Of a stretch of 64,000 bases of DNA, positions 45,557 through 57,629 are shown piece by piece. This DNA is from Mayamaea pseudoterrestris (Eukaryota). Location of the stretch: the NCBI GenBank assembly GCA_027923505.1, contig BROI01000008.1:1-64000 (forward strand), in the 5' to 3' direction. Position 1 is the stretch's first letter. The number at the start of each line of letters is the position of its first letter. The notes under the pieces are model-generated. The model saw nothing but the letters and a program-made list of their open reading frames with translations. It did no database searches and was not told the DNA's origin. A program made the translations under genes and the position numbers.

Positions 45557-46903
45557 CTACTGCACCTGCATGCTGGTTCGTGTACCCTGCCATGGCAATC
45601 CTCCGATATAGTCGAGTAACTGCTTGCGCAAGTGTTTATTGTCGTTCACGTTCCCAGTGGCAGTAAGCGCGCTAATAGTCGACTGATCCACCGTTCTTCT
45701 ACCGCTAATAGTCCTCGCCAACACTGGCGACGTGGATCGTAATTCATACATGTCAAAGCCGTCGTGCAAATGCACCAAAAGAATTGACAAGGCAAGTTCC
45801 GAAGCCGCCCACGAAAATGCCGTCAACTGATGCAATTCGCCCAAGACTGGATGGTTCAGCAAACAGAGAGAGTCGCGATGAAATATTAGTCCGTTCATGT
45901 CAAATACAAAGAAACTGCCCTGCGCCGTCGTTGCCGAGTGATTGTCCATTGTCGTCTTGGAAAAGGAAACCATACTCATATGCAAGTCGTTATCATCTGT
46001 TGGCTTCGTTCCACTGCACCACCAAGGCTGTGAATTGGACATTGGCAGTGCATGATACATCCATCCATGCGACGCATACAAAATGGACGAATCCAAGTCG
46101 GCATGGTTTCTCTGTCGAAACAAGTCGGTGGCAATTTCCATTTCCGCGCGTGTTTCAACCCATGGCTCGTCGGCATTTCTCCAGGAGATGATTGTTGCAT
46201 TACAAGCAGCTGCATTCACAAGTGCAATGCCCTGCCATAAATTGTCCGCGAATACTAGTTTGACAGGGTGATTGGCCATATCGTTCCAATGCAAGAGTCG
46301 CGATCCATATTCCTCATCGTTTCGCAATCCGTCGTAATGTTCCATTTGAACGAGTATCCAAATCTGCTGGACGTTTGCATCGAGCAACCACTTGAGACAG
46401 TTGACAAGGACTGTGCGAGGATTGAACAATCTCGTAGTTGCAATTATTTCGTATTCATGTAATACATCTAGTTGACGTGAATCGCGAACTGTTCTTTGGC
46501 AGCGAAACTGATTCGAAGAAGCCGTGTATTGCTGCAGGCGACGGAGAAGGGTTGGCGCACCGCGGAGCGACAAGCCACGGCAATGACTTGTCGCTTGCTC
46601 CAAATTCGTCTTTAGTCTTTCCAGAGCGAAACCGTCGTCAAGGCCAAGACGTCGTTGAGCAGTATCGTTATCGTTTGCTAGCGATGGAAGTCTGTCCATG
46701 CCGAGAGTCGGCCGATTCATCGTCATGGATGCGTTCGCCAGCGAATGATGCACATAGAGGTTCAAAAATAAGCCAACAATGCATCCAATCATCAGGATGC
46801 GAGCCAGGATGAGATGAAATGCAGTAAATCTTGTTCGCTTGTTTGAATTGCTGGCTGCTCCTTTTGCTGATCGCGAAATGGTCGTCGTCGTCGACGACAG
46901 CAT
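45557..46903 (-). CDS. Hypothetical type II membrane protein (possibly a divergent glycosyltransferase-like protein); copy 1
   Basis: 448-aa ORF with an N-proximal TM segment (ILMIGCIVGLFLNLYV) and globular C-terminal part. No family motif recognised with confidence. Confidence 0.65.
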   Translation of the reverse strand: MLSSTTTTISRSAKGAASNSNKRTRFTAFHLILARILMIGCIVGLFLNLYVHHSLANASMTMNRPTLGMDRLPSLANDNDTAQRRLGLDDGFALERLKTNLEQATSHCRGLSLRGAPTLLRRLQQYTASSNQFRCQRTVRDSRQLDVLHEYEIIATTRLFNPRTVLVNCLKWLLDANVQQIWILVQMEHYDGLRNDEEYGSRLLHWNDMANHPVKLVFADNLWQGIALVNAAACNATIISWRNADEPWVETRAEMEIATDLFRQRNHADLDSSILYASHGWMYHALPMSNSQPWWCSGTKPTDDNDLHMSMVSFSKTTMDNHSATTAQGSFFVFDMNGLIFHRDSLCLLNHPVLGELHQLTAFSWAASELALSILLVHLHDGFDMYELRSTSPVLARTISGRRTVDQSTISALTATGNVNDNKHLRKQLLDYIGGLPWQGTRTSMQVQ

Positions 46904-47032
46904 GAGAATGACTTATGCTGTCTATTGCATTCAATACCCAATTGATCGATGATCATGAATGAGACATAATAAGAGATTCAAGGTATGCAGTACCTGCTAT
47001 AAGGTGCAAATGACTGCGATTGCAGCTGCTGA

Positions 47033-47193
47033 TGTGCCAAAAACTTTGATTTTCAACGGCTAACAACAGTACACTCTGGATCACAGGGCCAAAAACTGTG
47101 ATTTTCAACGGCTGACAATTGTACACTCTGGAGTACAGTGTTAAAAACATTGTTTTCAACGGCTGTCAATGCTACACTCCGAGCCAGTGTTGT
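47033..47193 (+). repeat. 52-bp minisatellite, last ~3 units only (truncated at the duplication junction)
   Basis: Matches 34960-35120. Confidence 0.9.
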
Positions 47194-47420
47194 TCAATGT
47201 TCAAAGAGTACGGTAGTCAGAACTGTATTGCGACGCCCCCACAATGGCCGACCAAGAGACCTTCTCGACGATCTTGTTCACATTATAGCAATAATGGACG
47301 ACACATCATCTTCTGCATGTCGTATATAGCAGCTGTGCTGCAAGCGGTGGCTTTGAATTGGGCCTCGTAGCTACTAGTCTTTACTCGTAGTGAATTCTTC
47401 CATCGCCTCGGCTCCGTTCC

Positions 47421-48686
47421 ATGATCCGCCAAGCAACAAAGGTGGACGATTATAGCGGCAAAAATGCGGAAAGAACGTTTCATCAACAACGACATGATAT
47501 CAATACGTATCCATGCATTGTCGCTTGTGGGTACCGTCACGTCTTGATTCGTAAAACGCGTCGAACCTTTCCGGCATGGTTGATTGCCTTTGACGACTCG
47601 CAACGAAATATCGCCTGGCGAACCAAGCACGACTTTTTGATCCTACAGCGATCCATCAAGTCGACAAGCATTCAATTATCAAAGACAAGTCTCAGCAAGC
47701 TTGCGGATGCAGCCCCGTGGGTGGCGCCATCAATGGAAGTTACGGCAGCAGTCTTCGTCGACGCAGTCGACGGCGAAGCAGCAATCATCAACAACTGGGA
47801 ACGAAAGATGCAAAAGAATTTGCTGCAGATCAATCAGTTCATGCAAAAATGCTGCGCGAGTAAAGTAGAACCAGTTTCATCTGCTTGGAAAATCTTTGCT
47901 CGACCTGGTAATTCCGAGCATGTCATGGATCCGCGCTCTTGCAGTATAATAAACACTTGCAACGAACAAGACGAACAACAAAGCCATGAGCTGGGCCAGT
48001 ACTTTTGCAGCTCCGAGAATGCTTCATTCCTGATTGACAAGTGTTTCGAACAGATTCGTAGCCGGTTTGGTGCGGGTGACGACAGCGTCAGCAACAAGCC
48101 CGACATTGTTTTCGTTGAGCCAAGTGTGGGGCGAGGTGATATCGTTGCGGCGTTGTGCAGCAGGCTACAACAAGATGGTCATTCAATTAGCAATCAAACG
48201 ATACAGATCCTTGGCTTTGACTTGGACGCATCGGCTGTGGATCATTGCCGACAGCAGGAGTTTGCGGGCACAACGAACGGCAAGCTCGCGTTTGCCACTG
48301 CCGATTTTTTGCAGACGCACCGCCGGGACCATGTTTCCAGCGATAATGCCATTGTCGTCTTTGTCGGGAATCCACCCTTTGTCGCACACGGCGAGATTAA
48401 TGGCATGCCGCAATCACAACAGCAGCCAGAGAGAAACATTTGCTTACGGTTCATCCAGCACGCGCTGCTGGAATGGAACGCGCAGTTGGTCGCATTCATC
48501 ATGCCACAACGATTCCGTTGCTGTGACTATTCCGCAGTCTCATTGATGTCAAGCATGACGCTCCAATGGGAAACGTTGGAACTCCCGTCGAAACGCTTCT
48601 TCTTCCAGGGCAATGTTGCCGTGCAGCAGCCAGCCATTTTGCAATGCTTTTGGTCGGAGAATAAGGCTCTCAAACGCCATGCATGA
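47421..48686 (+). CDS. N6-adenine methyltransferase-like protein; copy 2
   Basis: Translation identical to 35348..36613. Confidence 0.8.
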   Translation: MIRQATKVDDYSGKNAERTFHQQRHDINTYPCIVACGYRHVLIRKTRRTFPAWLIAFDDSQRNIAWRTKHDFLILQRSIKSTSIQLSKTSLSKLADAAPWVAPSMEVTAAVFVDAVDGEAAIINNWERKMQKNLLQINQFMQKCCASKVEPVSSAWKIFARPGNSEHVMDPRSCSIINTCNEQDEQQSHELGQYFCSSENASFLIDKCFEQIRSRFGAGDDSVSNKPDIVFVEPSVGRGDIVAALCSRLQQDGHSISNQTIQILGFDLDASAVDHCRQQEFAGTTNGKLAFATADFLQTHRRDHVSSDNAIVVFVGNPPFVAHGEINGMPQSQQQPERNICLRFIQHALLEWNAQLVAFIMPQRFRCCDYSAVSLMSSMTLQWETLELPSKRFFFQGNVAVQQPAILQCFWSENKALKRHA

Positions 48687-49810
48687 TGACAAAGTGTATA
48701 GCTGTCAATCCTAGGATAAACTGGAATGTTTGACGCAATAATTCACGGCGTTGTTGAAATAGAATGGAACAAGCTGATTCTTCTTTACAACAGTGATCAC
48801 TAACGCGCGACAAGTAGAATACCAGTAATAAAAGGAAAGCATTACACTTGAAAGCAAAGACTTGCTAATTCTCTTTAAGTGACGCGAAACAAACCCCTGC
48901 ACGAATTGTGACGAAAGAACAATTGCAAATGCATTCCGCCGAGCCGATACGTGCAAGCGACAAGCACGCCAACACTTGCCGCACATCCCAAAGTGCACAG
49001 CGCCTGAACAGTATTGTTTTAATGTGAGTCTTCAGGAAAGCAAGCGAACTTTGGAAGCACTGTGGACTTTCGAGTTTCTTGACATCTTCCGCCAGTGACG
49101 TCGAGGTGTGCGGCTTGGGAAGTCAATGGAAGCAGCAGCAGCCATGCACCATCCATACCGACATCAAAAAAGCGAAATCTAGTGTATCGCAGCTGATCGA
49201 ACCGCGATCCTGTAACTCGCCCTCCATCTCGCAACGGACACACCGACAGATGCTTTGTTGGTATCGAGTGATTGAGTGCGCAGTCACGCGCAGCGGGGTG
49301 TCAGAGTGACGCTATTTCAGCGCACCTGCACAAGCTGTGACGAAGGAGCATATTGTTGTCAATACAGCCATTGCCGTCATAGAAACAGTACCGGTATGAA
49401 GTATATATCAAATAGTTCGCATATTGCATGCCATCAATATTATTTGTCGGCAGGCTTGGGCACCACTTTCATTCATACCGGTAAGTCAACCGGCAATTGG
49501 GCCATAGAGCTCTCTCTATATCAGCCAATTTACTGCAGCAAAGCGTCTTGTCGAGATCGTCATATTTTAATGATGAATTGGCCTTTCGTTAGTCAATGGC
49601 GGTGACGAAGACGACTCGAATGATTGTCACGAGCCACCGCCGCCAAATGCTTCGCGCTGGGACAGCTCATGCCTTGTATACTTTATCGTTAGCGTTGTTA
49701 GCGTCATTAACGTGCAATAAAATCTTTGACAGAGTCACCATCCATTAGTAAACAACAGCAGGAGTCGGAGACAGCATGGACGAATGCCGACGGCTTGAAC
49801 ACGCAGTGAA

Positions 49811-50177
49811 GAAACGAGTGTCAGTGAAAACTGCGTCATGAGGCAATACTACGAAACGAGTGCCAGTGTCAAATACGTCATTAGGCAATAGTGCGAAACA
49901 AATGCCAGTGAAAACTACGTCATCAGGCAATAGTGTGAAACGAGTGCCAGTGAAAACTGCGTCACATTGTATTGGTGCGAAACGAGTGCCAGTGATAACA
50001 GCGTCACAAGGCAATAATACGAAACGAGTGCCAGTGAAAACTGCGTCATAAGGCAATAATGCGAAACGAGTGCCAGTGTCAATTACGTCATTAAGGCAAT
50101 AGTGCGAAACGAGTGCCAATGTCAATTACGTCATCAAGGCAATATTGCGAAACGAGTGCCAGTGTCAATTACGTCAC
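49811..50177 (+). repeat. 42-bp minisatellite (duplication copy 2)
   Basis: Matches 37738-38104 at +12,073. Confidence 0.95.
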
Positions 50178-51075
50178 TACCGGTCATCACCACGCGATTC
50201 ACCGCATTTGCGACCTTTCGGCCACTGAAAATGGCCATCGCTCTCTCTCATCCTTGACTTTTGGATTGAATAAGCAGCTGTCCTGCATTCAGTATGATAA
50301 GATGGGTCAATTGATCTTAATTACTGGCGCAACACATGGAAACAGTCGTGGCCTTCGGTATAAAGGCTCGGCGATATTGACGCTTGCTCGATGCTCGATG
50401 CTCAATGACCGATCAAGTAGTTGAAATGCCGTAGTTGACGGGTTTGAAGTGAAACTGCCAATAAGAGTTTCGCATGAGTATTTGGTGCCTTTCAGTAATC
50501 ATTTGCGTCAGTGGCGTCAGCTGAAAAGCTTTACGTGCTCTACGTTGGACGCTGGGACGCGTCTATTATGGACCGAAGCCACACTGCATTCACGTGGAGC
50601 TCTTGAAATGCTTTTTTGATGAATCATGCTCGGCACAAGAGAAAGAAACTGGTGTGTAAGACTCGTTCATGATTGAAATATGGAGCAATTCGAGCGTGGC
50701 ATCAACGTTTCCGCCAATCAGCCGCCGTCAATACTTCATGCGTCGTCGCTCAATCTATTCGATATCTTCATGTAAAACATTTACGCAAGCTCCAAAACGA
50801 GAGTTGCAACGATTGGGATACAGTTATTTATCTGTATGTTATCAAGCTCTCAATGACACTGTTGTCCATCATGGCGTGAACTTCCGCATTTGGAAGCAAC
50901 CTTGGTTGAGCGACTTCAATAACTTTCTATACACAATCACCCGTAGTCAAGCATACGTTTCTAATGCTAATATTAATACTTTCATTCGATTTCGTTAACA
51001 TGTCCTAGGCAAATAAACCGCTATGACCATGCGCAGCGCATAGAGTTGACGACAAAACGGTTCAGGTTCACGTCA

Positions 51076-52491
51076 TTAGCGTCCATCCAATGATACGTAA
51101 ACAACACTTCTCTCGCCCGTCATCCAGTCTTCAACCGTCAATTGCAACTGTTCGCCAGGCTTTCGTCGGTCCATCTCCTTTTGCAGCGCCCGATAGTCTG
51201 TGACATTGTTTCCGCCCACGACGACAATGGCTTGACCCGCAACGACACTCGCCGTAAGCTCATCCACCCGGATACCAAGCAGGTTGGCACGTTCAGCGGC
51301 TGAATTGGGCTCGATGCTTGCGATCCAGTTTTTGGATAGCAACTTGCTACGCTCTGGTCGCAAAGTACTCCCAAAACCTGTTCGCTCTGTAGCAGCATCA
51401 TCATAATCGCGTCGCTGCTTGACAATTTTGACCCCCAGTCTTGCGACTCCGCGTGCCGTCTTGGCCACATCAACGCGAATCATGTCCATAACGACGGGTC
51501 GTACTTGGTCGGACGGAACGGCGAAACCAACACCGGCGCTCGATCCTGACGTTGTCACAATGGCTGTATTGACACCGACGACTTGACCCTTGGCGTTCAG
51601 GAGCGGCCCACCCGAGTTGCCCGGATTAATGGCGCAGTCAGTTTGAATGCAGTTGCGAATTGGTGTGGTTGCAATGGGCATGTTGCGGCTGCGACTGGTA
51701 TAAATGTCGCGATTCAAGGCAGACACAACACCAGTCGTGACGGTTGTATCTAGTCCAAAGGGATTGCCAATCGCAATGAGATTCTGTCCGACGAGTAGAT
51801 CCGACGAAGACCCAAAAGAAAGCGGCTCGCCAAATGATGTTGCGATGTTTGTTTCGTTACTACTTGATTCCAAGCGCAAGACGGCAATGTCAATGTCAGG
51901 ATTCGTATCGACAATCCTAGCCTTGTAGTACTGCTTTGAACCTTGCAGCCGCACAAAGACTTGAGCTGCTACTGCTGCTGCATCTTGCGACGATGATGCT
52001 AGACATGGAAACCTCAGCTTTTGTCGAAATGATTGCATTCGCTCCTCCGCCCGTTGAATCAACCATGCTTGCTCAACGACGTGAAAGTTTGTCACCAAGT
52101 AGCCTCGAGCATCAACAACGAAGGCCGAACCGGATCCAAGCGGACGACCCATGGGTAGATTATCATTCCTTCTGGAGTTGTCGCGTCGATGATTGCGTCG
52201 CCTTGCATTCGGCGTCGTCGGCATGGGTGCGACGGATGTGACAAACGCAACGAGAGGACTAGCCTTTCGGACGACTCTTACGACAGACTTTTCATCCCTC
52301 GACAAATCCTGTTCCAGTTCCTCTGCAGATACTTTGAAAGCTGACATCTGTAGCTTACTACTCTTTGACATTGATGTAAATTGTGATCGTTTTGGCAGTC
52401 TTGGAAATGTTTCGGTCGAAAAGTTGCTTCCAACGATGACGAGGCTGAAAATGATAGCCAGCAGCAAGATCTTTTCCCATTGACGCTTCAT
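51076..52491 (-). CDS. Deg/HtrA serine protease; copy 2
   Basis: Translation identical to 39003..40418. Confidence 0.95.
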   Translation of the reverse strand: MKRQWEKILLLAIIFSLVIVGSNFSTETFPRLPKRSQFTSMSKSSKLQMSAFKVSAEELEQDLSRDEKSVVRVVRKASPLVAFVTSVAPMPTTPNARRRNHRRDNSRRNDNLPMGRPLGSGSAFVVDARGYLVTNFHVVEQAWLIQRAEERMQSFRQKLRFPCLASSSQDAAAVAAQVFVRLQGSKQYYKARIVDTNPDIDIAVLRLESSSNETNIATSFGEPLSFGSSSDLLVGQNLIAIGNPFGLDTTVTTGVVSALNRDIYTSRSRNMPIATTPIRNCIQTDCAINPGNSGGPLLNAKGQVVGVNTAIVTTSGSSAGVGFAVPSDQVRPVVMDMIRVDVAKTARGVARLGVKIVKQRRDYDDAATERTGFGSTLRPERSKLLSKNWIASIEPNSAAERANLLGIRVDELTASVVAGQAIVVVGGNNVTDYRALQKEMDRRKPGEQLQLTVEDWMTGERSVVYVSLDGR

Positions 52492-52751
52492 GTTGCCACA
52501 CTGAAATGTTCATTTACTGCTACCGTCCGAACGTGCCTGCATCTCTCGCGCATGAGAGGACGGGAGCTGACTCGTTCACCATGGCGAATGGCGACGAAAG
52601 AATTCACTGCCAAAACCGATGCGCTGGTGAAAATAAGAATGGTATCTTATAATCACACCGGTTATGGATGGGTTGAGCATGGCCTCATTTTTCTTGTCGA
52701 CGATGCGCCAATGTCAAGCAATTAGATAGATTGAATCAAGCAGTCTGGGCA

Positions 52752-54791
52752 ATGAGAATGAAGCAAATAATAACAAATCGAGCAAGACGCTGTCGCTCAT
52801 TCATACTCTTGCTACTGCTAATAGTTTCAACTAGTATTTGTGTTGCTGCACGTGATTCTAGCAAAGCCAGCAGAAGTAAGGATGCAGCAGCAGCAGCATC
52901 TAGCACTAGCAACAATTCATTCACCAAGGCTCGACTGTCGACCATGCCAGGCGCCTCCAGACTACCGCTACAGCCGCCGCTCATGGTCCAGCGCCACTAC
53001 GTTCATCACAAGGGTCACACTGAAACAACGGCGAGTCCTATCATGCAGGAGGCGCATGACGAGCCAATTGAACAACAACAAGTCTTGGAGCAGCAGCAGC
53101 AGCAGCAAGTAGTACAAAAAGAACAAGAAAAGCGAAAATTGCAATTGGAGTCAGCTATAGCACAAAAACTGAACCACGAACGGAGAGAAGCAAGCAACTT
53201 TGCCGCTGAAAGTAGCCATCATGACGTTCCAAGCCATGACAGCCATTACTTTACAGCAGCGTTACCAATCACCAATCCACTTTCTTCCTCCTCCTCGGCA
53301 TCTTCATCTGCTACATTGGAACTACCTATGCAGGAAAGGCTTGTTCCTCGAGGAGGCCGACGATCGAGTCACCAGGAAAATGAGATTGTTGCCACTCGAG
53401 TTGCTCCTCCGATGCATCATGACGAAATGTCCATTGCCTCGTCACCACCACCAACTCCTGGTACCGCCTCGATTCTGTCGGAAGTCATGACGCTCACCAA
53501 GGCCATTGTAGGAGCTGGCGTCTTGGGACTTCCGGCTGGTTTGGCAACCTTTTACACGCTGGCAGCAACACATGACATGCAGATGGGAACGGAAGGAACG
53601 AGTGCTACGTTTGCTACTGCATCATCATCATATTCACTTGGTCACACCATTTTTGGACCAACGCTACTACTCATTACCGCCATTGGAAGCGCCAGCGCCA
53701 TTGGTTTTGACTGCATTGCCAGTGTTTGCGACACCAGTCACTCCGTTTCGTATAGAGAAGCATGGGCACGTACCGTGTCGCCAAAAACCTCATACATTCC
53801 AGCCATTGCCTGTCTACTCGTCACAACATGCACAACGGTGACTTGCAGCATGATTCTCAAGTCCAACCTTGGCACAGTAACGTTTCTATTTACGACACTT
53901 TGCGTCTTGTTGCCACTCTGTTTGCAGCAGTCGCTCCAAAAGCTGGCACCATTCTCCGTTGTCGGAACCATTGGCATGATTTACACGGCAGTCGTCATGC
54001 TGCTGCGATACGTTTCGGGTGCGTATACCGCAGCAAGCAAGTTTGCATTCTTGAACGACATGGAGGAGTCCGTCAAGCCAGTACTGGGAAAGTTGGTCAA
54101 GAGTGGAGGATCGGCATCAACAGCGGCTGCAGCAGTCGCCAATCCATGGCTGAGTTTGCTCAACCTACCAAAAGCTGCCATTTTGATCAGTATGCTATCC
54201 ACCTCCTTCATGGCACACTACAATGCACCAAAACTTTACTGGGAGTTGCGCGACACCAGTCCCCAGCGATTCCGCAAGGTGATATTGGGTGGATTTGGGC
54301 TAGCCGTTGCACTCATGTCAACCATTGCACTGAGCGGCTTTCTCACCTTTGGGAGCGCATCAGCCGGCATGATTTTGCGCAACTACGCGTCAACGGATGG
54401 ACTTGCCGTGCTCGCCAAGGCGGCCGTGACAATGTCGGTCATTTTCACCGTGCCATTGGCTTTTTGCGGCGTGCGCAACGGTGCGCTCGACTTGCTCATG
54501 GTGGCTCCCGAGCAACGGCAGGGTCGAGTGACAACCATGGCAACCGTGGCTGGACTAGCGCTTGTAACGTGCTTGGCACTAGTGTTGAAGGATGTTCGCC
54601 TCGTCTTGGCGCTGGGTGGTTCAACGTGGGGCATGTGCGTCATTTACTTGTTTCCGGCGCTCATGGTCATCCACGGAGCTGAAACATATCCAGTGCTCAA
54701 GCCAAAGGTACAAATGGCAAAGATACTCGGAGGAGTTGGTCTCGTGGTGGGGACAATGGGTATTTATCGAACACTTACAACGCTAATATAA
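52752..54791 (+). CDS. Amino-acid transporter (AAAP/SLC38-like); copy 2
   Basis: Translation identical to copy 1. Confidence 0.92.
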   Translation: MRMKQIITNRARRCRSFILLLLLIVSTSICVAARDSSKASRSKDAAAAASSTSNNSFTKARLSTMPGASRLPLQPPLMVQRHYVHHKGHTETTASPIMQEAHDEPIEQQQVLEQQQQQQVVQKEQEKRKLQLESAIAQKLNHERREASNFAAESSHHDVPSHDSHYFTAALPITNPLSSSSSASSSATLELPMQERLVPRGGRRSSHQENEIVATRVAPPMHHDEMSIASSPPPTPGTASILSEVMTLTKAIVGAGVLGLPAGLATFYTLAATHDMQMGTEGTSATFATASSSYSLGHTIFGPTLLLITAIGSASAIGFDCIASVCDTSHSVSYREAWARTVSPKTSYIPAIACLLVTTCTTVTCSMILKSNLGTVTFLFTTLCVLLPLCLQQSLQKLAPFSVVGTIGMIYTAVVMLLRYVSGAYTAASKFAFLNDMEESVKPVLGKLVKSGGSASTAAAAVANPWLSLLNLPKAAILISMLSTSFMAHYNAPKLYWELRDTSPQRFRKVILGGFGLAVALMSTIALSGFLTFGSASAGMILRNYASTDGLAVLAKAAVTMSVIFTVPLAFCGVRNGALDLLMVAPEQRQGRVTTMATVAGLALVTCLALVLKDVRLVLALGGSTWGMCVIYLFPALMVIHGAETYPVLKPKVQMAKILGGVGLVVGTMGIYRTLTTLI

Positions 54792-54858
54792 TGTTGCGAC
54801 AATGTCAATACAATAGTCTTGCTATCATCCAAAATAGTTATCAAACCTTGTAAAAGTT

Positions 54859-56523
54859 TTACTCAAATCGCGACTTTTGCTTTTGCTGGCGCATCCTCCA
54901 TGTAGCTAGTTTCACAAGAATGGCAACGACTACAAACGCACCAAGTCCAATCTCCAAGGTGGAAGTTTGACTAACTGGCGGCAAGGCAGCTAGCGCGTGC
55001 GCTTCCAACGAGCGGGCAGCTTTCAGCAAACCTACTTTTCCGCCCGACGCTGTGGCTTCTTCTCCTACATTCGACTCAATCACAAAGGGTTGTATTACTT
55101 CACCCGCCATGCCGCGCGACAGCGTTTCCGCCACCCCGTAGTTGGCAGCAATTTCCTCAAACGGCACCCACTCCAAGTTGCCGCACTTGTTCACCTCCAT
55201 GCGCCGCTCGCGCAAGTTGATTCCGGTAAAGTCACGTATTTGCGTCAAATTGCGCTTATTGCCGAGTCCGTAGCGCGAGTTGCGAATGAGGTTTATGGTT
55301 GCTTGCTGTGCCGGTGTTAAATGAACAGGTTCGTCAATGCCTAGTAAAAGATTGACTCGCTTGGTTCCTGTGGATGATACTTTGGATCGTTGGTCTTCAC
55401 TCTCCTTTAGAAACAGTGGCATGTTTTTGTCAAATATAAGTCTTCGTTCTCCGGACGCGCCCCAGGTGTGCACGACTGGATTACTTTGATGTCCATGATA
55501 GTCATGCGTCACAAGCACCTTGTCGGGCGTGTAAACGTCGTAGCCATGCGAAAAGAAGCGAATGCCCCGACTTCCCTCCTCTCCGTCAAACACGTTGGTC
55601 GTATAGGGATCGACGGGAACGTTGAGTTCGGCGTGGCAGCGATGAAAGGATAGACCAGCGCCCCACATGGCGTTGGTCAACTTTGGTCGACGCAACCACT
55701 TGCATTCCTTGGTGCCCCAGTTGCGAATCGTTGTGGTGAATTGCACCATGCACAAGTTTGGAACGAGAGGTGGGTCCTTGTTGTTTTCGCTAATGTCAGT
55801 CACGTAGGTGGATAGAACGGCGTAGTCGTTCTTGGCGCGATGAAACATGCTCATCAAGCCTATGTCCCAGTCATCTGAAAAGTCCATGTGAGAATCTGTT
55901 TGCATGCAAAAGTCTTGTAGGTGGACTGGAGTGAGGAGTAGCAGTGAGCTGCTGCTGCTGTCTGTGGCTGCATGTTGGGCGTAGCGATAGTCGTGCGAAA
56001 TCATGGCGCTGAGTTTGCTTCTCGCATCCGTCGGTCCCTTGCTTTCCGAGGCATCCATGGAGTAAACGTAAATATTCTTTCCGAATTCTGCTTGACAGTT
56101 TGGATTGTACGTTTCGCAATATTTCTTCCAGCAGGGAGCATCGTCTATAATGTCCGAGTCGGCAATGTTTTGATCCACGAGGCGAATATAGATTCGCTCT
56201 GGATGCTTGGCCTTGCTCCAAGCATTATGAAGCGTTCGAGGGCAAAGGCGATCGCGAAAGGAAGCAATCAGCAAGTGAATGGGAGTCTTGGCAGCAGTGT
56301 CAGGATGCAGAGTTGGATCATCGTCCTTGTAGTGATAGTGTGGGCATTGTTGATTCTCGTTCTCGTCGCAATCTTCGGGTGGCTCAACAATGTCAACGTA
56401 ACCCAAGCCATCGGCGCCCCACGTGGCTCGATTCTCGGGAGTATCGCGGGCAAGGAGAGAAATGCCGTAGGGATGCTTGGGGTTCGTCTTCATACTGTCG
56501 TCGTCTCCAGAGTTGCGGCTCAT
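54859..56523 (-). CDS. GT60-like GlcNAc transferase; copy 2
   Basis: Translation identical to 42786..44450. Confidence 0.85.
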   Translation of the reverse strand: MSRNSGDDDSMKTNPKHPYGISLLARDTPENRATWGADGLGYVDIVEPPEDCDENENQQCPHYHYKDDDPTLHPDTAAKTPIHLLIASFRDRLCPRTLHNAWSKAKHPERIYIRLVDQNIADSDIIDDAPCWKKYCETYNPNCQAEFGKNIYVYSMDASESKGPTDARSKLSAMISHDYRYAQHAATDSSSSSLLLLTPVHLQDFCMQTDSHMDFSDDWDIGLMSMFHRAKNDYAVLSTYVTDISENNKDPPLVPNLCMVQFTTTIRNWGTKECKWLRRPKLTNAMWGAGLSFHRCHAELNVPVDPYTTNVFDGEEGSRGIRFFSHGYDVYTPDKVLVTHDYHGHQSNPVVHTWGASGERRLIFDKNMPLFLKESEDQRSKVSSTGTKRVNLLLGIDEPVHLTPAQQATINLIRNSRYGLGNKRNLTQIRDFTGINLRERRMEVNKCGNLEWVPFEEIAANYGVAETLSRGMAGEVIQPFVIESNVGEEATASGGKVGLLKAARSLEAHALAALPPVSQTSTLEIGLGAFVVVAILVKLATWRMRQQKQKSRFE

Positions 56524-56651
56524 GAGAGGCGTTATTAGTGTTGGACGGAGGAAGCAGCGTCATGGTCATTATTTTCAAAGTCATCACCTTTTGAAAAGTC
56601 GCTGCGGGACCGAATGGCGCGTCGCAGCGGTGAAGAACTCGAGCAGCGACG

Positions 56652-57535
56652 ATGAGCAACATCCAGCAATCTGCTCCACCAAAATCCCATGTCGGCGCAT
56701 CCCATACATTACATCCTGAACATGCCGAGACGATGATCATGAGCCCTGACGAGGTATCATCGCTGCATATGCATCATGATCCACTCACAGTCAATACAAC
56801 TATCAATAATGAGTCGTCCTTTTGTCAAGCCGGCCACATGGGTGGAATGATCATGTACATGGATGGTACGAATTGCAGAAACGAACATTAGCATCATGAT
56901 CGACTCGATTATGATTCTCGCCAATGTTATACCAGACTTACTTAATCTGTCTCATCAATCACTTTACAGGGTTCCATTTCGGACTCGCTGGAAACCAGCC
57001 ATGCTTGAACCTGTTCCTTGCGTCATGGACGCTTGACACTCGATTCAAGTTTATGGCTGCCATTCTTGCCGTATTTTGCTTGGCAATGCTTGTCGCAGCA
57101 AGCAGCAGGATACGAGAGAAATTGACGAGAAGATTATCGCAAATGCAAGCGTCAAGGGTACGACGAAACGCTCGCATCATTTTCATACTGCATCGCATGG
57201 CTGGACCGACGATGCATGCAACGCAAGCCTTGCTGGGATACCTGTTGATGCTTGCCACCATGACCTTTAGCGTCGAGCTCTTGCTGGCTGTCGTCATTGG
57301 ACTTGGTGCTGGTCATGCCATGTTCGTTCCGGTAGAGCATGGCGCGAACGACGGAATGTATGCTGCGCAAGTGGCGTCCGATCCATGCTGTCAGTTTCTA
57401 AACCATCGAAACGATTCCGGTGAAGAACATGAGATCCCTGGCACGTCTCGCGGGGAGGCCTCCATGCTGCTGACGGAGCGTCTATCCGACGTGGATCCGC
57501 TTCTGCCGCGCGGCGGCTCGGACCGTGGACTCTGA
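56652..57535 (+). CDS. CTR: CTR copper transporter; exons 56652-56865 and 56970-57535; copy 2
   Basis: Matches copy 1 at +12,073. Confidence 0.92.
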
Positions 57536-57629
57536 CGCTCGCTTGCAACGACGGAGAAATGTTTATGCATATGGGTGTAATCTCTATTATAATGATACAT
57601 GTTAGTATTCTAATGTCTTTGATGATTGT

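Larger units (their letters stand above)
34960..47032 (+). repeat. 12,073-bp tandem segmental duplication, copy 1
   Basis: Every ORF from 35046 to 46934 recurs with an identical translation at +12,073. Confidence 0.98.
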
